Source of the DNA: Trichosphaerium sp. ATCC 40318
Lineage: Eukaryota > Protista > Tubulinea
Direction of reading: 5' to 3'
NCBI GenBank assembly: GCA_038496445.1
Contig: JALMLS010000353.1
Location: forward strand, 310,001 to 374,000
DNA length: 64,000 bases
Each line of letters starts with the position of its first letter. Position 1 is the stretch's first letter. The translations under genes were made by a program, and so were the position numbers. Positions 38,099 to 49,819 of this stretch are shown here, in pieces. A model generated the notes under the pieces. That model saw only the letters and a program-made list of their open reading frames with translations, was not told where the DNA came from and ran no database searches.

Positions 38099-39907
38099 AT
38101 GAGTTCGTACAGCGTAGTATTTAGTACCGATACAGGTGGTGTTCCTGGTAAAACAAAAGCAGGTACATTGCAACGGCTTTACAGTTAAAGCGGTTAACAA
38201 TGTCCCAGATAAAGAGAAAGTGCTTGATTATTGGTATGAGTGTAATTTAGACAAGTATTATAGTGCATTGGAGAAGCACACGTTTAAAACAGTTTTCCTT
38301 CCTTTCACACGCGATGACGCGCTGGTGTTTTTAAAATGCTGCCGTAACGGCAAAGACTGGACAAAAGAAGAACAAGAGCGCCTGGAAACGCTAAAAAAGG
38401 TACAAACACGCGTCGGAACGCAACAAAAGCTATCCCAAGAACCTTTTAGCCTAAACCGATTTTCAAAACTCCAAAATCGAAACTGTTTATACAAAAAGAC
38501 GCTCACGTTGCTACAAGGCTTTAGGAGATGCTATTAAAAAAGTAACAGCTTCAGGGAGCAAAGCGTTTGTCAGGTACACATCATTTTCGAGTTAGCTTTT
38601 TTGTAGCAACCAACTAAAATCCTTTGTAGACTTTCCACACGTTCTCCAAAAGGTACAGTAAATCCTCAACAAGTTGAATACCCCTGAAGGTGTTGTATCT
38701 AACCAACTTAATAATAGACGCTGTTGATAAGCTTCCACATAAAATAGTGCCTCTTCTCAAAGAAGAACTAGCACGTGGTGGAAGTGACACAAATAATCAA
38801 AAACTTATCGCAATTCGAAGAGCTTTTATGAGACGTATGGCTGTTACAAATGTTTCAGAAGCATTTGAACTGTTACTATATTCATCTAGGATTATATCAG
38901 ACTTAAAACGCGTACGTAGGAGCCCTACAAACTTTTTTTCTTTGCGTTCAAGTTGTTTTTTCTTAGAATTTTTTTTAAGGCTATTGATCATCCAGCGGAG
39001 AAATGGGATTTGTATTTTGTTGTTAGAGAGTTTACATTTATTCCATTGAAAGGTAAGAAAAGAGATTTGGTGAAATATGGTTTGTAGTAAGAATAATTAT
39101 AGGAGAGTTTAGAGGTTTTGTTAAAGATGGTCATCTTGGTGCTTTATCTCAATATTATCAAAACTGTTACTTCCCAGAGCTTGTTGAAAACAAGCTTAAA
39201 TATGCAAAGTAAGTATTGCAAAATCAAAGCGTATTTCTAGCGTAGTTTGCACGTGCATTTCAAGTTTTTTTCATTCAAGAAAAAAAAAAGGAAAGCGCTT
39301 TTCGACTTTCGTTAGCTTGTACCGTTAAAGTAACTGCTATAGCGATTAATACTTCACATTGAATACACTGTCTTGTGGTTGTTCTTATCCTTTTCTACAG
39401 GCTTATCGAAGCGTTTTATAAGAGTATCAAAGATAAGATTCCACTAAAATCTTTTATTATTGATTTTGCTGTTTTATCTGATGACAATATTAAGATTGTT
39501 GAACTTAACCCTTATGTACGTTTTCTTACTTGTTGTCGTATTAATCAACTCATTTGACAAAACTAAAAGGGTGAGCACACTGGATCTGGTTTGTTCTCGT
39601 GGAAAGAAGACAAAGAGCTGATCGAGAGTAAGGCAGTCCTTTTTATTTTCTTCTTTTTTTCTTGCTTGTTATTAGTCCAACTAGTCTGAGTGGCTTCCAT
39701 TCGCTACAAATTATAATACCCTAATGATGTATAGGTGATTCTCTTGAGATAAGAGTATGTACTGAAGCTATAGAAGATCGCCTTGATGCTATAATTGGTG
39801 TCTGGAAACCACTTATTGCACAAGCTTTGAAAGATGATAACGATACTACCAAAACAAACGAGGGTGTTGTTGACACAGAGCAAGAAAAAAAGTGTATAGT
39901 AATGTAA
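38099..39907 (+). CDS. Cdc123/D123-like ATP-grasp protein with C-terminal CaaX (CIVM), multi-exon
   Basis: AFVRLSTRSPKDA, LLLYSSRIISDL, FVVREF, GEFRGFVKDGHLGALSQYY, IIDFAV..KIVELNPY, TGSGLFSW; last exon ends EKKCIVM*. Confidence 0.85.
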
Positions 39908-40090
39908 CGCTTAAACATGTTAGTATTGAATCAATCTTGACATTTCACAAAACTTAACTGTCCCGTGATACTGAACGCAAAGGGAGCCTTGATCAAACCT
40001 TACATTTATTTGTGACAACATTAAAGTTTACAGTGCTATCGGATGTACTTGGATGATTGATTGATTGCCAACGTTATTTGTAAAGTGTTA

Positions 40091-40789
40091 CTATGACAAA
40101 ATACAGCTACTTTCATTTTTAGTATTCTTTTTGACTCTAATTTCTTGGGTGCAATAACTCCATTGAAGATACTCTTCTTTTTCTTCTCCATGGAAATATG
40201 AATGTAGCTCAAAGGCTTCACCATTCCTAAACCATAACCCAAAATCTCCATGAAGTTTACCTTCTACATAATGGCATTGTTTAGTTAATTGACCATTATC
40301 AAGCCACTCCTTAAAATCGCCTTCACGCTTGCCCTCCTTATATAAACACGTAGAACGAACTTTACCATTTCGGTGGTAGGAAATAGAATTTCCTTCTAGT
40401 TTGTCGTTAATTAAATGGCAATGAATTTCCTTTCGGCCATTATTATACCAGCACTTGAATTCTCCTTCAATTTTATCATTAACACAGTGATAAAACTCAC
40501 GTAATATTCCGTGGCTATACCAGCTTTTGAACTCACCATGACGTTGGCCATGGTTAAAACATTCTTGACATGCAAGTTTTGAACTCCTCTTACCAAAAAC
40601 GTTATATGTTTTTCTTTGCAGCCACGTGCCTTGTTTCTTTAGCTCATCGTCAAACCTTGTTGTGGTAGCAGTCTGTTTTGAAAGTATTGGCCAAATAACA
40701 TACACTTCAGAGTCTAAATCGATAATATCAAGTTGTAGCTCCAACGGAAGGTGTAGTAGAAGGCACCGATCAGCTAGCGGACTATTCAT
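40091..40789 (-). CDS. Intronless F-box-like + MORN-variant (YwqK-like) repeat protein
   Basis: LLHLPLELQLDII N-terminus, then about five 24-aa repeats xGEFKxWYxNGxxxxxCxYxxGKxE. Confidence 0.85.
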   Translation of the reverse strand: MNSPLADRCLLLHLPLELQLDIIDLDSEVYVIWPILSKQTATTTRFDDELKKQGTWLQRKTYNVFGKRSSKLACQECFNHGQRHGEFKSWYSHGILREFYHCVNDKIEGEFKCWYNNGRKEIHCHLINDKLEGNSISYHRNGKVRSTCLYKEGKREGDFKEWLDNGQLTKQCHYVEGKLHGDFGLWFRNGEAFELHSYFHGEEKEEYLQWSYCTQEIRVKKNTKNESSCILS

Positions 40790-41071
40790 TTATTATATAA
40801 GTAACGAGGATCACTATAACTCTTTAATGATAGGTGGTTAAAAAGTGTACACGTGATAAACGTAAATAATCGAAAAGTTGAGAACAAGGTAAACATAGAA
40901 AAACATTGACCAATTTCTCATACTTACCGGAGTAGATACTTATGGCAGGATATATAACGTCTTCTTCACCTAACATTTAGAGAAAACAATGTATTATTTT
41001 TCTTACAAAAGGTTTATTCTTACATAAAGTGTTGTGACACTTGTCATCAACAAAGTTTTCTTTTTGATTTT

Positions 41072-44000
41072 CTATCTGTATCTTTTGCGTTTTCTTGTTG
41101 GTGAACGCGATTTCCTGGTGTTCCTCGTCTGTTTAGAAGGGATATAAGATGCTGTTCTAGCTCGTTTACCGGAGGTTCTTTGTCTCGATAAAGATCCAGG
41201 TGATTCAGGTGAATAAATTGGACGAGCATACCTTGGACTTGGAGAATAACGTGGTGAGGTTGGAGCATATGAAGGTGATGAAGGTGAATACTCCAGACTT
41301 GGAAGAGAATACCTTGTACTTGGAGAATACGCAGGAGATCTTGAAGAAGGAGAATACTTAGGTGATGAAGGAGAATACCTTGGAGATGGGTGAGAATACC
41401 TGGACGAGTAGAAAGGCGATATTGGAGAGTGTGGAGGCGATTCAGGAGAATACCTTGTACTTGGAGAATACTTAGGTGAGGATGGAGCATACAAAGGTGA
41501 TTCAGGTGAATACTTTGGACTTGGACGAGAATATCTTGGACTTGGAGAATAACGAGGTGAGGGTGGAGCATATGAAGGTGCTTCAGGTGAATACTTTGGT
41601 GATGGAGGAGAATACCTTGTACTTGTGCCTGGAAGAGAATAACAAGAATACAAAGATGATCTCGACTCTGTGGTGTGTTGATAGTTTCCTTGCATACCAT
41701 TCTGTTGTGATGAAGGTTTTTGTTTTTTAGTAGGATTAGATGGTTGTTTTTTTGAAGGTGGCAAAGATTTGTTTTTTTTAGCCAATATTCGTTGAGTTTT
41801 TTTGAATGGATTGTGTGGTTGTTGACTCAAATGATCATTCTTGGTAGATACGTTTTTTGCCATTTGTGTATTGTAGGCTCTTTCTTCTTGTACTTGTTGA
41901 GTGTTTGCAAGTACTTCGGTGTGAGTGCTTTGTTGTTTTGATGTTGGGTTTTTTGGCTTATTGACAGTTGTTTTGGGCGCTTTTGCTATCTCTGAAAGCT
42001 TTGGCTTGGTGATTTTATCTGAAGGGGTCTCTTCTGTGGACAAAAGAGTCTTATTTTTTGTACGCTGTGGTCTACTTGTAATTATTGTTTGATTATTATC
42101 AGACCTGAAACGAACAATCTGTTCAAATTTGGGGCTTTCTACTTTTTGGATTTTTTGCTTTTTCTTTTTTTCTTCCGTTTCTGTATCACGTGATCTTTTT
42201 TTACTTGTCTCAACTTTTTTGGTAGTAGTATTCTTACTATTCTTAGTACTGTTTGGAGGAGTGGAAGATTTTTTTGAAGACAAGAGAGATGAAGCATTGA
42301 ATCGAACACTAAACGAGAAAAAAATTAGAAGAGAAAAAAAAAAAAGAAGAAAAAAAAGGGTACGTTTGCTCCATTACTACGACTTCTTCTTGTTGTTGTT
42401 CTTGTTCTTTTCGTTGTTCTTTATCCTGTTCGTGTTTTTGCACTTCACCTTTAGCACTTTCTTCAACTTCAACCAACTTATCCTCCTCCTTGTCAATAAC
42501 TGTTACAGACGTACCTTGAATCTCTTCATTGTCATGTACACTTAATTCATCGTCAAAAATTTCACCTTCCTCAACATCATCAATACTACGTTCAATGTCT
42601 TTAGCAGCTTCAAATCTTTTAATGTGTTGAGCAGTAAAGAAATGTTTCAATTTTGCTTTCTTAGGATCAGGTTCCATTGAAGAAGATGCATCACATAGTG
42701 TACATAAGAACCACATACGACTACGTTTAGCAAATCCAAAATGAACAAAACCATTTTCATAAGAAAAAACAATATCATCATGGATTTCTTTGTCCAAAAG
42801 CTTTAGATACGTTTTAATACGTAGATCAGTCTCCAATACTTGTGTAGAAGGATAACATTCGCTTTTGTTGATTGTATCAATATGCTTACAACCATTAGAG
42901 CTTTGGCAATGTTGATACCACATACTTTCACGAATAGGAAAGTTACAACAAATCTTATCAATGTAAAAATTGTTTTTGGTACAATTGATACGCTCAACCC
43001 ATCCAAGAGCTATAAGCCGTTCAGTCATAATACTAAGCAACTCTTGTTCCTCATCAGGAAAAGAATCAAGTTGTTCTTGACCATTATCTACGACCACATC
43101 TGATTCCAACGCCAAATCCGTTTTGTTTGCATTTGGTTGTTTATCCAAAGGTGTTGTAGTTGGAGCTAGATTTTCTGGCTCTGGTGCGTTACTAGCACTT
43201 GCTACATCATCTGCAATGCCATTTTTATTTACATTAGTATTGCTAGATTCATCATCACTCAAAGTGAGATCCACGAAAATCTCTAAAAACAAACAAACAA
43301 AAAGTCAGAATTTTTTGAGAACAGTAAAAAAAAATCAGAATTAAAACGGTGTGCCTTTCTTCTTTCTAGTATTATTATCATCATCTATATAAGTAGCTTC
43401 ACGTCTGTCTTTTTTTATGAAAGAGTAACTCGCATCAGGTTGTAGTAAGGCCTCCCTGAACTCATTGGACCGTTCTAAAATTTCTAGAAAATAACGATCC
43501 ATTACTATGTCCTTGAAGTATAGTCGCTTGCTACAAATCGGACAGTTCCATTTATTTGATTTTCGACATATTGAAAGCCAAGTAGAGACATCAAAACACT
43601 AATGAAAGGTGTAACAAACGAATAAACAATGAAAGGAAAGTCACGGTCTTTTTCTGTTTGAAAAATGTTTCTACACAGTAACGTACTCTTATATGGGTAC
43701 AAAATCTTCCACGGCACGGCTTAACCACCTTTGTTAGGCTAATGGGATCTATTAATGGTACTTTTCTCTCCACTTCAATGACACCAAGAGCACTAAACGA
43801 ATCGCTAACTAAACAAATAATTATGCTAAATTCCTGCTTAGTAAATCCTGACGTGCCTTTCTGCTTAGCTTGTGGGATGTCTAGTTGTCTCACTTGGCTA
43901 ATAAGATCTGAAGATGATAAATCTTTTAAGCGCTGAATAATAACAAACCAACCCTTTTGAGTAGATCCATAAGTCACGTGCAGCAAAAAAGAATTAAAAA

Positions 44001-44951
44001 AAAAGACCAACAAACATACCGCTCTTGATGCTTGTCGACACTTAACTGTTATTTTATTGTATCCAGCAACACACTCATCTGATAAGTGCCAGGTATCCTT
44101 TCAGCAGGTAAGTATCAATAAATCTTCGAACAACACCAAAGACTTACTTTATCAGAATGAACTGTTCTGCCATTTATCATTATTTTTGATAAACCTCTTG
44201 GTTTCGAGCTGTATTTAACGTTTTTCTCGTTAACATAGCATCGTAATACTACAGGACCCTTATCTTTTCTATGCATGAATCCACATGTATAATTAGCTTT
44301 CTCATTTACTTTGAAACAACCAAGAGGTTCTCCGTTTTCTGGTTCATAAAAAGGATCATGTTCTTCTCCAAAAGCCATCAAAACTCTGACATATCTCGGA
44401 ATGTCGGCAACGTTTATGTGTTTTGCCTTTATAATCTTGCTCTCAGAACTAGAGGGAAGGTGATATACAGGTCTATACCCAGACGCTTCACTGCAAGCAC
44501 TGTTAATCTACAAAATAAGTCGAAACGTTCTCTCGTACCTAACACTGGCAAAAGCGCGGAATATTGAGCGTAGAAATTGTTCTTGAGTGTAAGTTGGTTT
44601 ATCTTTCGCGCAATAATCTTGCATTGCTGCTAGCATGTAATTCTCAATAGCTGATATGGTGCGAGAGCGATTTAAACGACTATACGACGGTAGTTCAAAC
44701 CTACTGCAGAATTCGTTAGTAATGACGTCCTATGCTCGCTTTTTGGCGTTTTAAATTAGTTTAACGTACTCCAAAACACTACGAAGCTCTTTCAAGCGAA
44801 ATACTTTGAGAAGGAGATACTAACAACATTAGACGCTACTCAAGGGCTCCCAAGACGTCACTAGCGCCATATTAATTACCTCAACTTCCGCATAATTATA
44901 CCGCTCCTTCACATCTTGAAGCCGTCGGGCTTGTCGCCGTTGCTCGGTCAT
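41072..44951 (-). CDS. PIAS/SIZ-type SUMO E3 ligase (SAP-like, SP-RING, SIM) with C-terminal Pol II CTD-like heptads, multi-exon
   Basis: [11 protein letters not shown] (SAP-like); [37 protein letters not shown]...WNCPICSK; [13 protein letters not shown]; an in-frame intron (about 42309-42363) links to the basic, heptad-bearing last exon. Confidence 0.88.
41196..41614 (-). repeat. Coding repeat: about 20 YSPxSPx-type hepta/hexapeptides
   Basis: [61 protein letters not shown] ... [20 protein letters not shown] ... YSPESPG. Confidence 0.95.
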
Positions 44952-45288
44952 CAGCGCATAATATTACTTGTACTATTATCTACAATTATGATAACAAGTT
45001 AAGCCATCAGTTTTCTCCGTTTGCTACGCATGTTTGCTTCAGCTGCATTGACGACATTGAACCTGTGTAAAGAGCTCGGAAAGACATTATCAGTTCTATC
45101 ACGTGAGCTCTTTCAAAAATCGTTTCATGTTGACCTGCGTGATCAATAAGAAACATTATATTTTATCACGAATAGTAGCGTTTTTTCGACAAGTTTTTGG
45201 TGCCAAGTATGTTTGACGGCTGCAGTTCAACGAATATTATTTTTGGAAAAGGGTGTAATTCACAACGGAGTAGAATCAAAAGCATCAT

Positions 45289-48200
45289 ATGGACGTCTAT
45301 GTGACTACAGCTGCAGTGGGCGTTATCACCGTAGGTTGTGTAGTTGTATACTACTTTTCGCGTAGTAAAAATCCGTACAGAGGCTTAGGTGGTACGTGAA
45401 CGCCACTTTAAACTCAAGAAAAGCCTATAACATCACTAGCTGTTAGAAAGAATAAGTTGCTTTCAAAATTCGCTGGCGAGGGCAGTCCTACGCAGCTTAG
45501 GCTGTTATTGAGCGTTCCGAAAGGTATTAACGTGAACAGACGGTATTTCAGAGGTAATTTTAACTTGCGATATGTACAATCAGTTTATAACGCGTGAAAA
45601 GGCCCAGCCCTATGCTCTGCGACTAGATTCGGGCATTTCGAATGTGTCAAAATTCTGGTAGATTTTGGAGCAGGTAAGTTGTTACTCCAACGAGCTTAGC
45701 GACCTCAAAGAGCTGTTTAATGCATTATCTTGATATCTAACGGCTCATTTCGTAGATATTGACATGCCGGACATGAGAGGTGATACACCTCTCATATGTG
45801 CTGCCAGAGGAGGACGTGCAGATATTGCAGCTTATATCATTAAAAAAACAGGCCCACAGAAGGTGCACGAGAAAGGTGAGTTATAATTTTGGTAAACCCA
45901 TTTAAAAGTGACTTCTCGGTAGGCTGGAAAGGGTACTGATTTACCATAAGGACTAGTAATAGTGTGTTAATTTTAAAAAGGTTAACGGCTCTTCATTGGG
46001 GTGCTCTAAATGGTAGAGATGAAGTGTGCACGTGTAAGTTGCTACAACAATATTTTTGTATTTTGTTAACGTTTGGTGCTTTAGTACTGTTGAAGCATGG
46101 CGCTCATGTTAATAGCCTGACCAATGCTCTGGAGACACCATTACATTTTGCATCAGGTAGTGGTCACGTTCACGTCATAGAAATATTATTAAAACAACCT
46201 GGTGTCCTACTTAATGAACAAGATAAAAATGGTATTTTTTAGGTTTTGGTTCTCTTCTCTGCTTACGCTGTACAAGGTTTAACGCCTCTCCATTGGTCAG
46301 CTCGGCGATATGGAAATCTTGGTCTTTCACTTATTGATGCTGGAGCTGATGTTTCTATACAATCAAATGAAGGTCTAACAGCTTTTCAAGTTGCTTGTAC
46401 GCTTAATGTTATTTTTGGATGTATTCTTACCTTTGTTAGGCTTGCGTGGAAACACAGAACATGTCACCGCAGTAAAAGATAAAGAAAAGGCAGACTACAT
46501 AAAAACTATAGTCTCTATGATACCAGCACGTGATATTCCAAGTATTTATTGCTAATGAGATGCTTTGTTTTAGGGAAACGAAACGCATGAAATAGAACAT
46601 TTGAGAAGAGTCTTAGAGCATCTTTGCACAAATGACAATGAAGACTGCAACAAAACTTTGAAACTCCTCGCGTCAAATATAGCTACTCTTGGTTGCACAC
46701 TCTTAAAAACGGTACGTGCCAGTTATCACTCTAGTTACCACGTGGTGCTAAGTTTGTATTTTATAGAAAGAAGGAGATGAGTCAAGTGCATTTAAACGAT
46801 TAGTTCATACTTTCGTAAATGTAATACTTACTGTTAGAAGCAAAACAGGTGTTGATATTTTTTACTAGTTTTAGGTTTCTAATATCTTATGTAGAAACTG
46901 CACCTTGTATTGAAAAGTCTATGACTATTATTTCAGACCTATGGGATGCGTTGGAGACTAAACTTGAGACAACCGAAAAAGCATTATCTGAAGAACCGAG
47001 TATGTAACAGAGTCTTTATGTTGGTCTTGTAACTTTCTTTTCAGATGATGAAGCAAAATCTGTGATGCTAGATACCGCGTTCATACATGCGAGGTATATT
47101 ATAGAGGCTTATTCAAGTATAACGAAGGTATCAAGTGGAGAAGATAAACGAAGGTATTCTTATTTTTTTTACCACGTGTTTTATACTCACATTGGTTAGG
47201 TTCTTGAACTTTGTTAAAGATAGAGCATCTTTATTTCAAGCATTAATAAGTGACGATGTTCTATTATTAACAGGTCCTTTTGAGTTCGTTCTACAAGTAA
47301 GTGGAACTGTTAGTTTATTTTGATTGTTTCTGGTTTTTACTAATTGTTATTTTTTCTTGTTAAGACATTAGATGGTGGAGTCCTACCAGACTCGATTGTA
47401 AAGCTTTTAGATTTATTAACATTTGACCAAAAGCGATCTTGGCTGTTACGCAAAGTACACGAAGATGCATCTGAGGTAACACTTACTAAGACAGTAATGT
47501 TTAGTAATTTACTAAAAAAAATTTAAGGGCAAGTACGAAGGAGTTAATATTCTTGTAAATCGATCTGGCGGCATTCTACAAAACAGTTGTGGTTCAATAA
47601 TGTCAAATGATGCTCGAAACTTAAAGGGTAAACTATGGGTTAAGTTTGAAGGAGAAGAAGGAGTAGGTATGGAAAACCGGAGTTACAATATGAACAAACT
47701 GATTTCTTTACAGGCAGAGGAGTGCTTCGTGAATGGTTCTCTTTACTTAGTCAAGAGATGTTCGATCCAAACAATGCTTTATTCAAGCTCTGTCAAGATG
47801 GTGTAACGTTTCAGTTTAACCCTCAGTCTCACGTGAATGCAGACCACCTTTCATACTTTCGGTACAAGGAAACTGTTTACAATTCTGTATGTCTGACCTT
47901 GTTTTTAGGTTTATAGGCCGAGTCATTGGCATGGCTATCTACCACGGAGAGTATTTATCAGTTCACTTTACACGAAGCGTTTATAAGCATATGCTTGGAA
48001 GAAGAGTCCTGTTGGAAGACTTAGAAGTAGTTGACACAACTTATTATACAAATCTATCGTACGTTATTACTGGTTTAGTTTGTTGTGGTTTGTTTTTTGT
48101 TCTTGCTATTTATCACGTGACATTTTGTTGTTCAATATTCTTATGATTCTTTTAGAGGGATGAGAAAATATAATATTGATGATGCTGATTTGGGTCTGAC

Positions 48201-49082
48201 ATTTAGTATACAAGATAATACCTTTGACAAACCTACAAGTGTTCCTCTCAAGAAAAATGGAGAAGAAATTGATGTTACTGAAAAAAATAAGGCACGTGTT
48301 CTTTAAACTTTGTGACTAGTCTATGTGGTTATATGCTAATATTATGTCTTTATTAGGAAGAGTATATGCAGCTTGTTACAGAATACTTGCTTTTTAAAGG
48401 AGTTGAAAAACAACTCGAAGCCTTTTTGAGTGGTTTTTATGATGTTATTCCAATGTACTATGTAAGGCTCTTTAATGAATACGAGTTAGAACTTTTGATA
48501 TCAGGTACGAAACATATTAAACTATTTTATTCGATAGCCATCTGCGTATACTAATAGCTTATAAAGGGCTGCCTAGCATTGATATCGAAGATTGGAAAAA
48601 AAATTCAAAATATGTTGATTGCAAAGAAGATTCAGAAGTTGTACAGGTAAGTGTGATTTTCTGGTTCTGTATGATTAATCATAGCTCTTATTTTTTATTA
48701 TAGTGGTTTTGGAAATATGTGCATTCTTCAAATAAACGAGAGCAAGGTAACTAAGAAATCGTAATTTAATCTTTTATTTCTGAAACTTTTTTTAGCTTCG
48801 TTGCTTCAATTCGTGACTGGAAGTGCGTGTGTACCTCTAGGAGGATTTAAATGCTTGAGCGGTCCCTCTGGGACTTCTAAGTTTACTATCAAATGTACAG
48901 GAAGTCCTGAATCCCTTCCATCCGCTTCAACATGGTACACAAAAAAATTAAAAGTTCCAAAAAAGCTGATAGTTTTCTTTAGTTTTAACCTCGTTCGTAT
49001 ACCTAATTACACAGACGAAAAGACATTAGTTGAAAAGTTTAATATGGCCATTGGTTTAGGTAAATCATTTGCTTTTAACTAA
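45289..49082 (+). CDS. Ankyrin-repeat HECT E3 ubiquitin ligase (HACE1-like architecture), multi-exon
   Basis: N-terminal hydrophobic stretch; ankyrins GDTPLICAA, TALHWGA, ETPLHFAS, LTPLHWSA; HECT LWVKFEGEEGV, LREWFSLLSQEMFDPNNALF, LLQFVTGS, LPSASTCFN (catalytic Cys split by an intron), SFAFN*. Confidence 0.95.
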
Positions 49083-49819
49083 AACGAGCACGTGACGGCA
49101 ATGTAAAAAAATAAAAAGTTGTAGCAGTAGTTTCGAGTACTGAAATGACAAGTCATTACCTTTGATCACGAAGTATGTATGCCATTTCACCTAGTGTTCA
49201 TGGTAAAGTTGTTTCAGGCTCTTTACTGCAAAACAGAGTGTACAAGCAACTCAGGAGCGTTAAGCAAAACTGGTACTGCTCAATTTTTACAAATTCATCC
49301 GCATGTTAGGAGCTCACGTAGATCAAGTGATGCGGTACGGTAATTGTCTGGAAGTCACTTATATACACAAACAGCGTGTGTTGAATTGGTCCTTGCTCTG
49401 AGCACGGCGGTTGACCAGCTGAAGCAACAATACCTTCTGTAGCGTCTCTTATTAACGAAGGGTCTACTACCACGACTTTGCTCACCTACCATTTTTTTCG
49501 CACACTATTAAGCACTTGATGCATTAATGTCACTCATACCCATGCTACTCTACTTTATCCAAGTAAGGAGGAAGAATATGTTGGTTGTCGGAGCGTACCT
49601 TACAACTTGTTTTGTATGAACAGAACTGAACTCGAAATACTCAAGTGGGCAGTAACTCAGGCATATGATTTTACAAACTATGGCTCGAAAAGTTAGTGGA
49701 GAAACTTTACGTATTTTTGACAAAGGCTGCTTTCTCAAATCTTGATTTATACACCTATTTACGCTTTCAAGTAGCTCCTACTTTGCATTGAAGGATAGAT
49801 AATGTTGGTTTAAGATTTA

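Noticed and set aside
41047-41700. 217-aa H/L/Q-rich ORF
   Set aside because: It is an alternative-frame shadow of the heptad repeat.
41072-42283. RPB1 (Pol II largest subunit) C-terminus
   Set aside because: No polymerase domains lie upstream; the exon splices to an SP-RING gene, and the heptads are followed by a basic tail.
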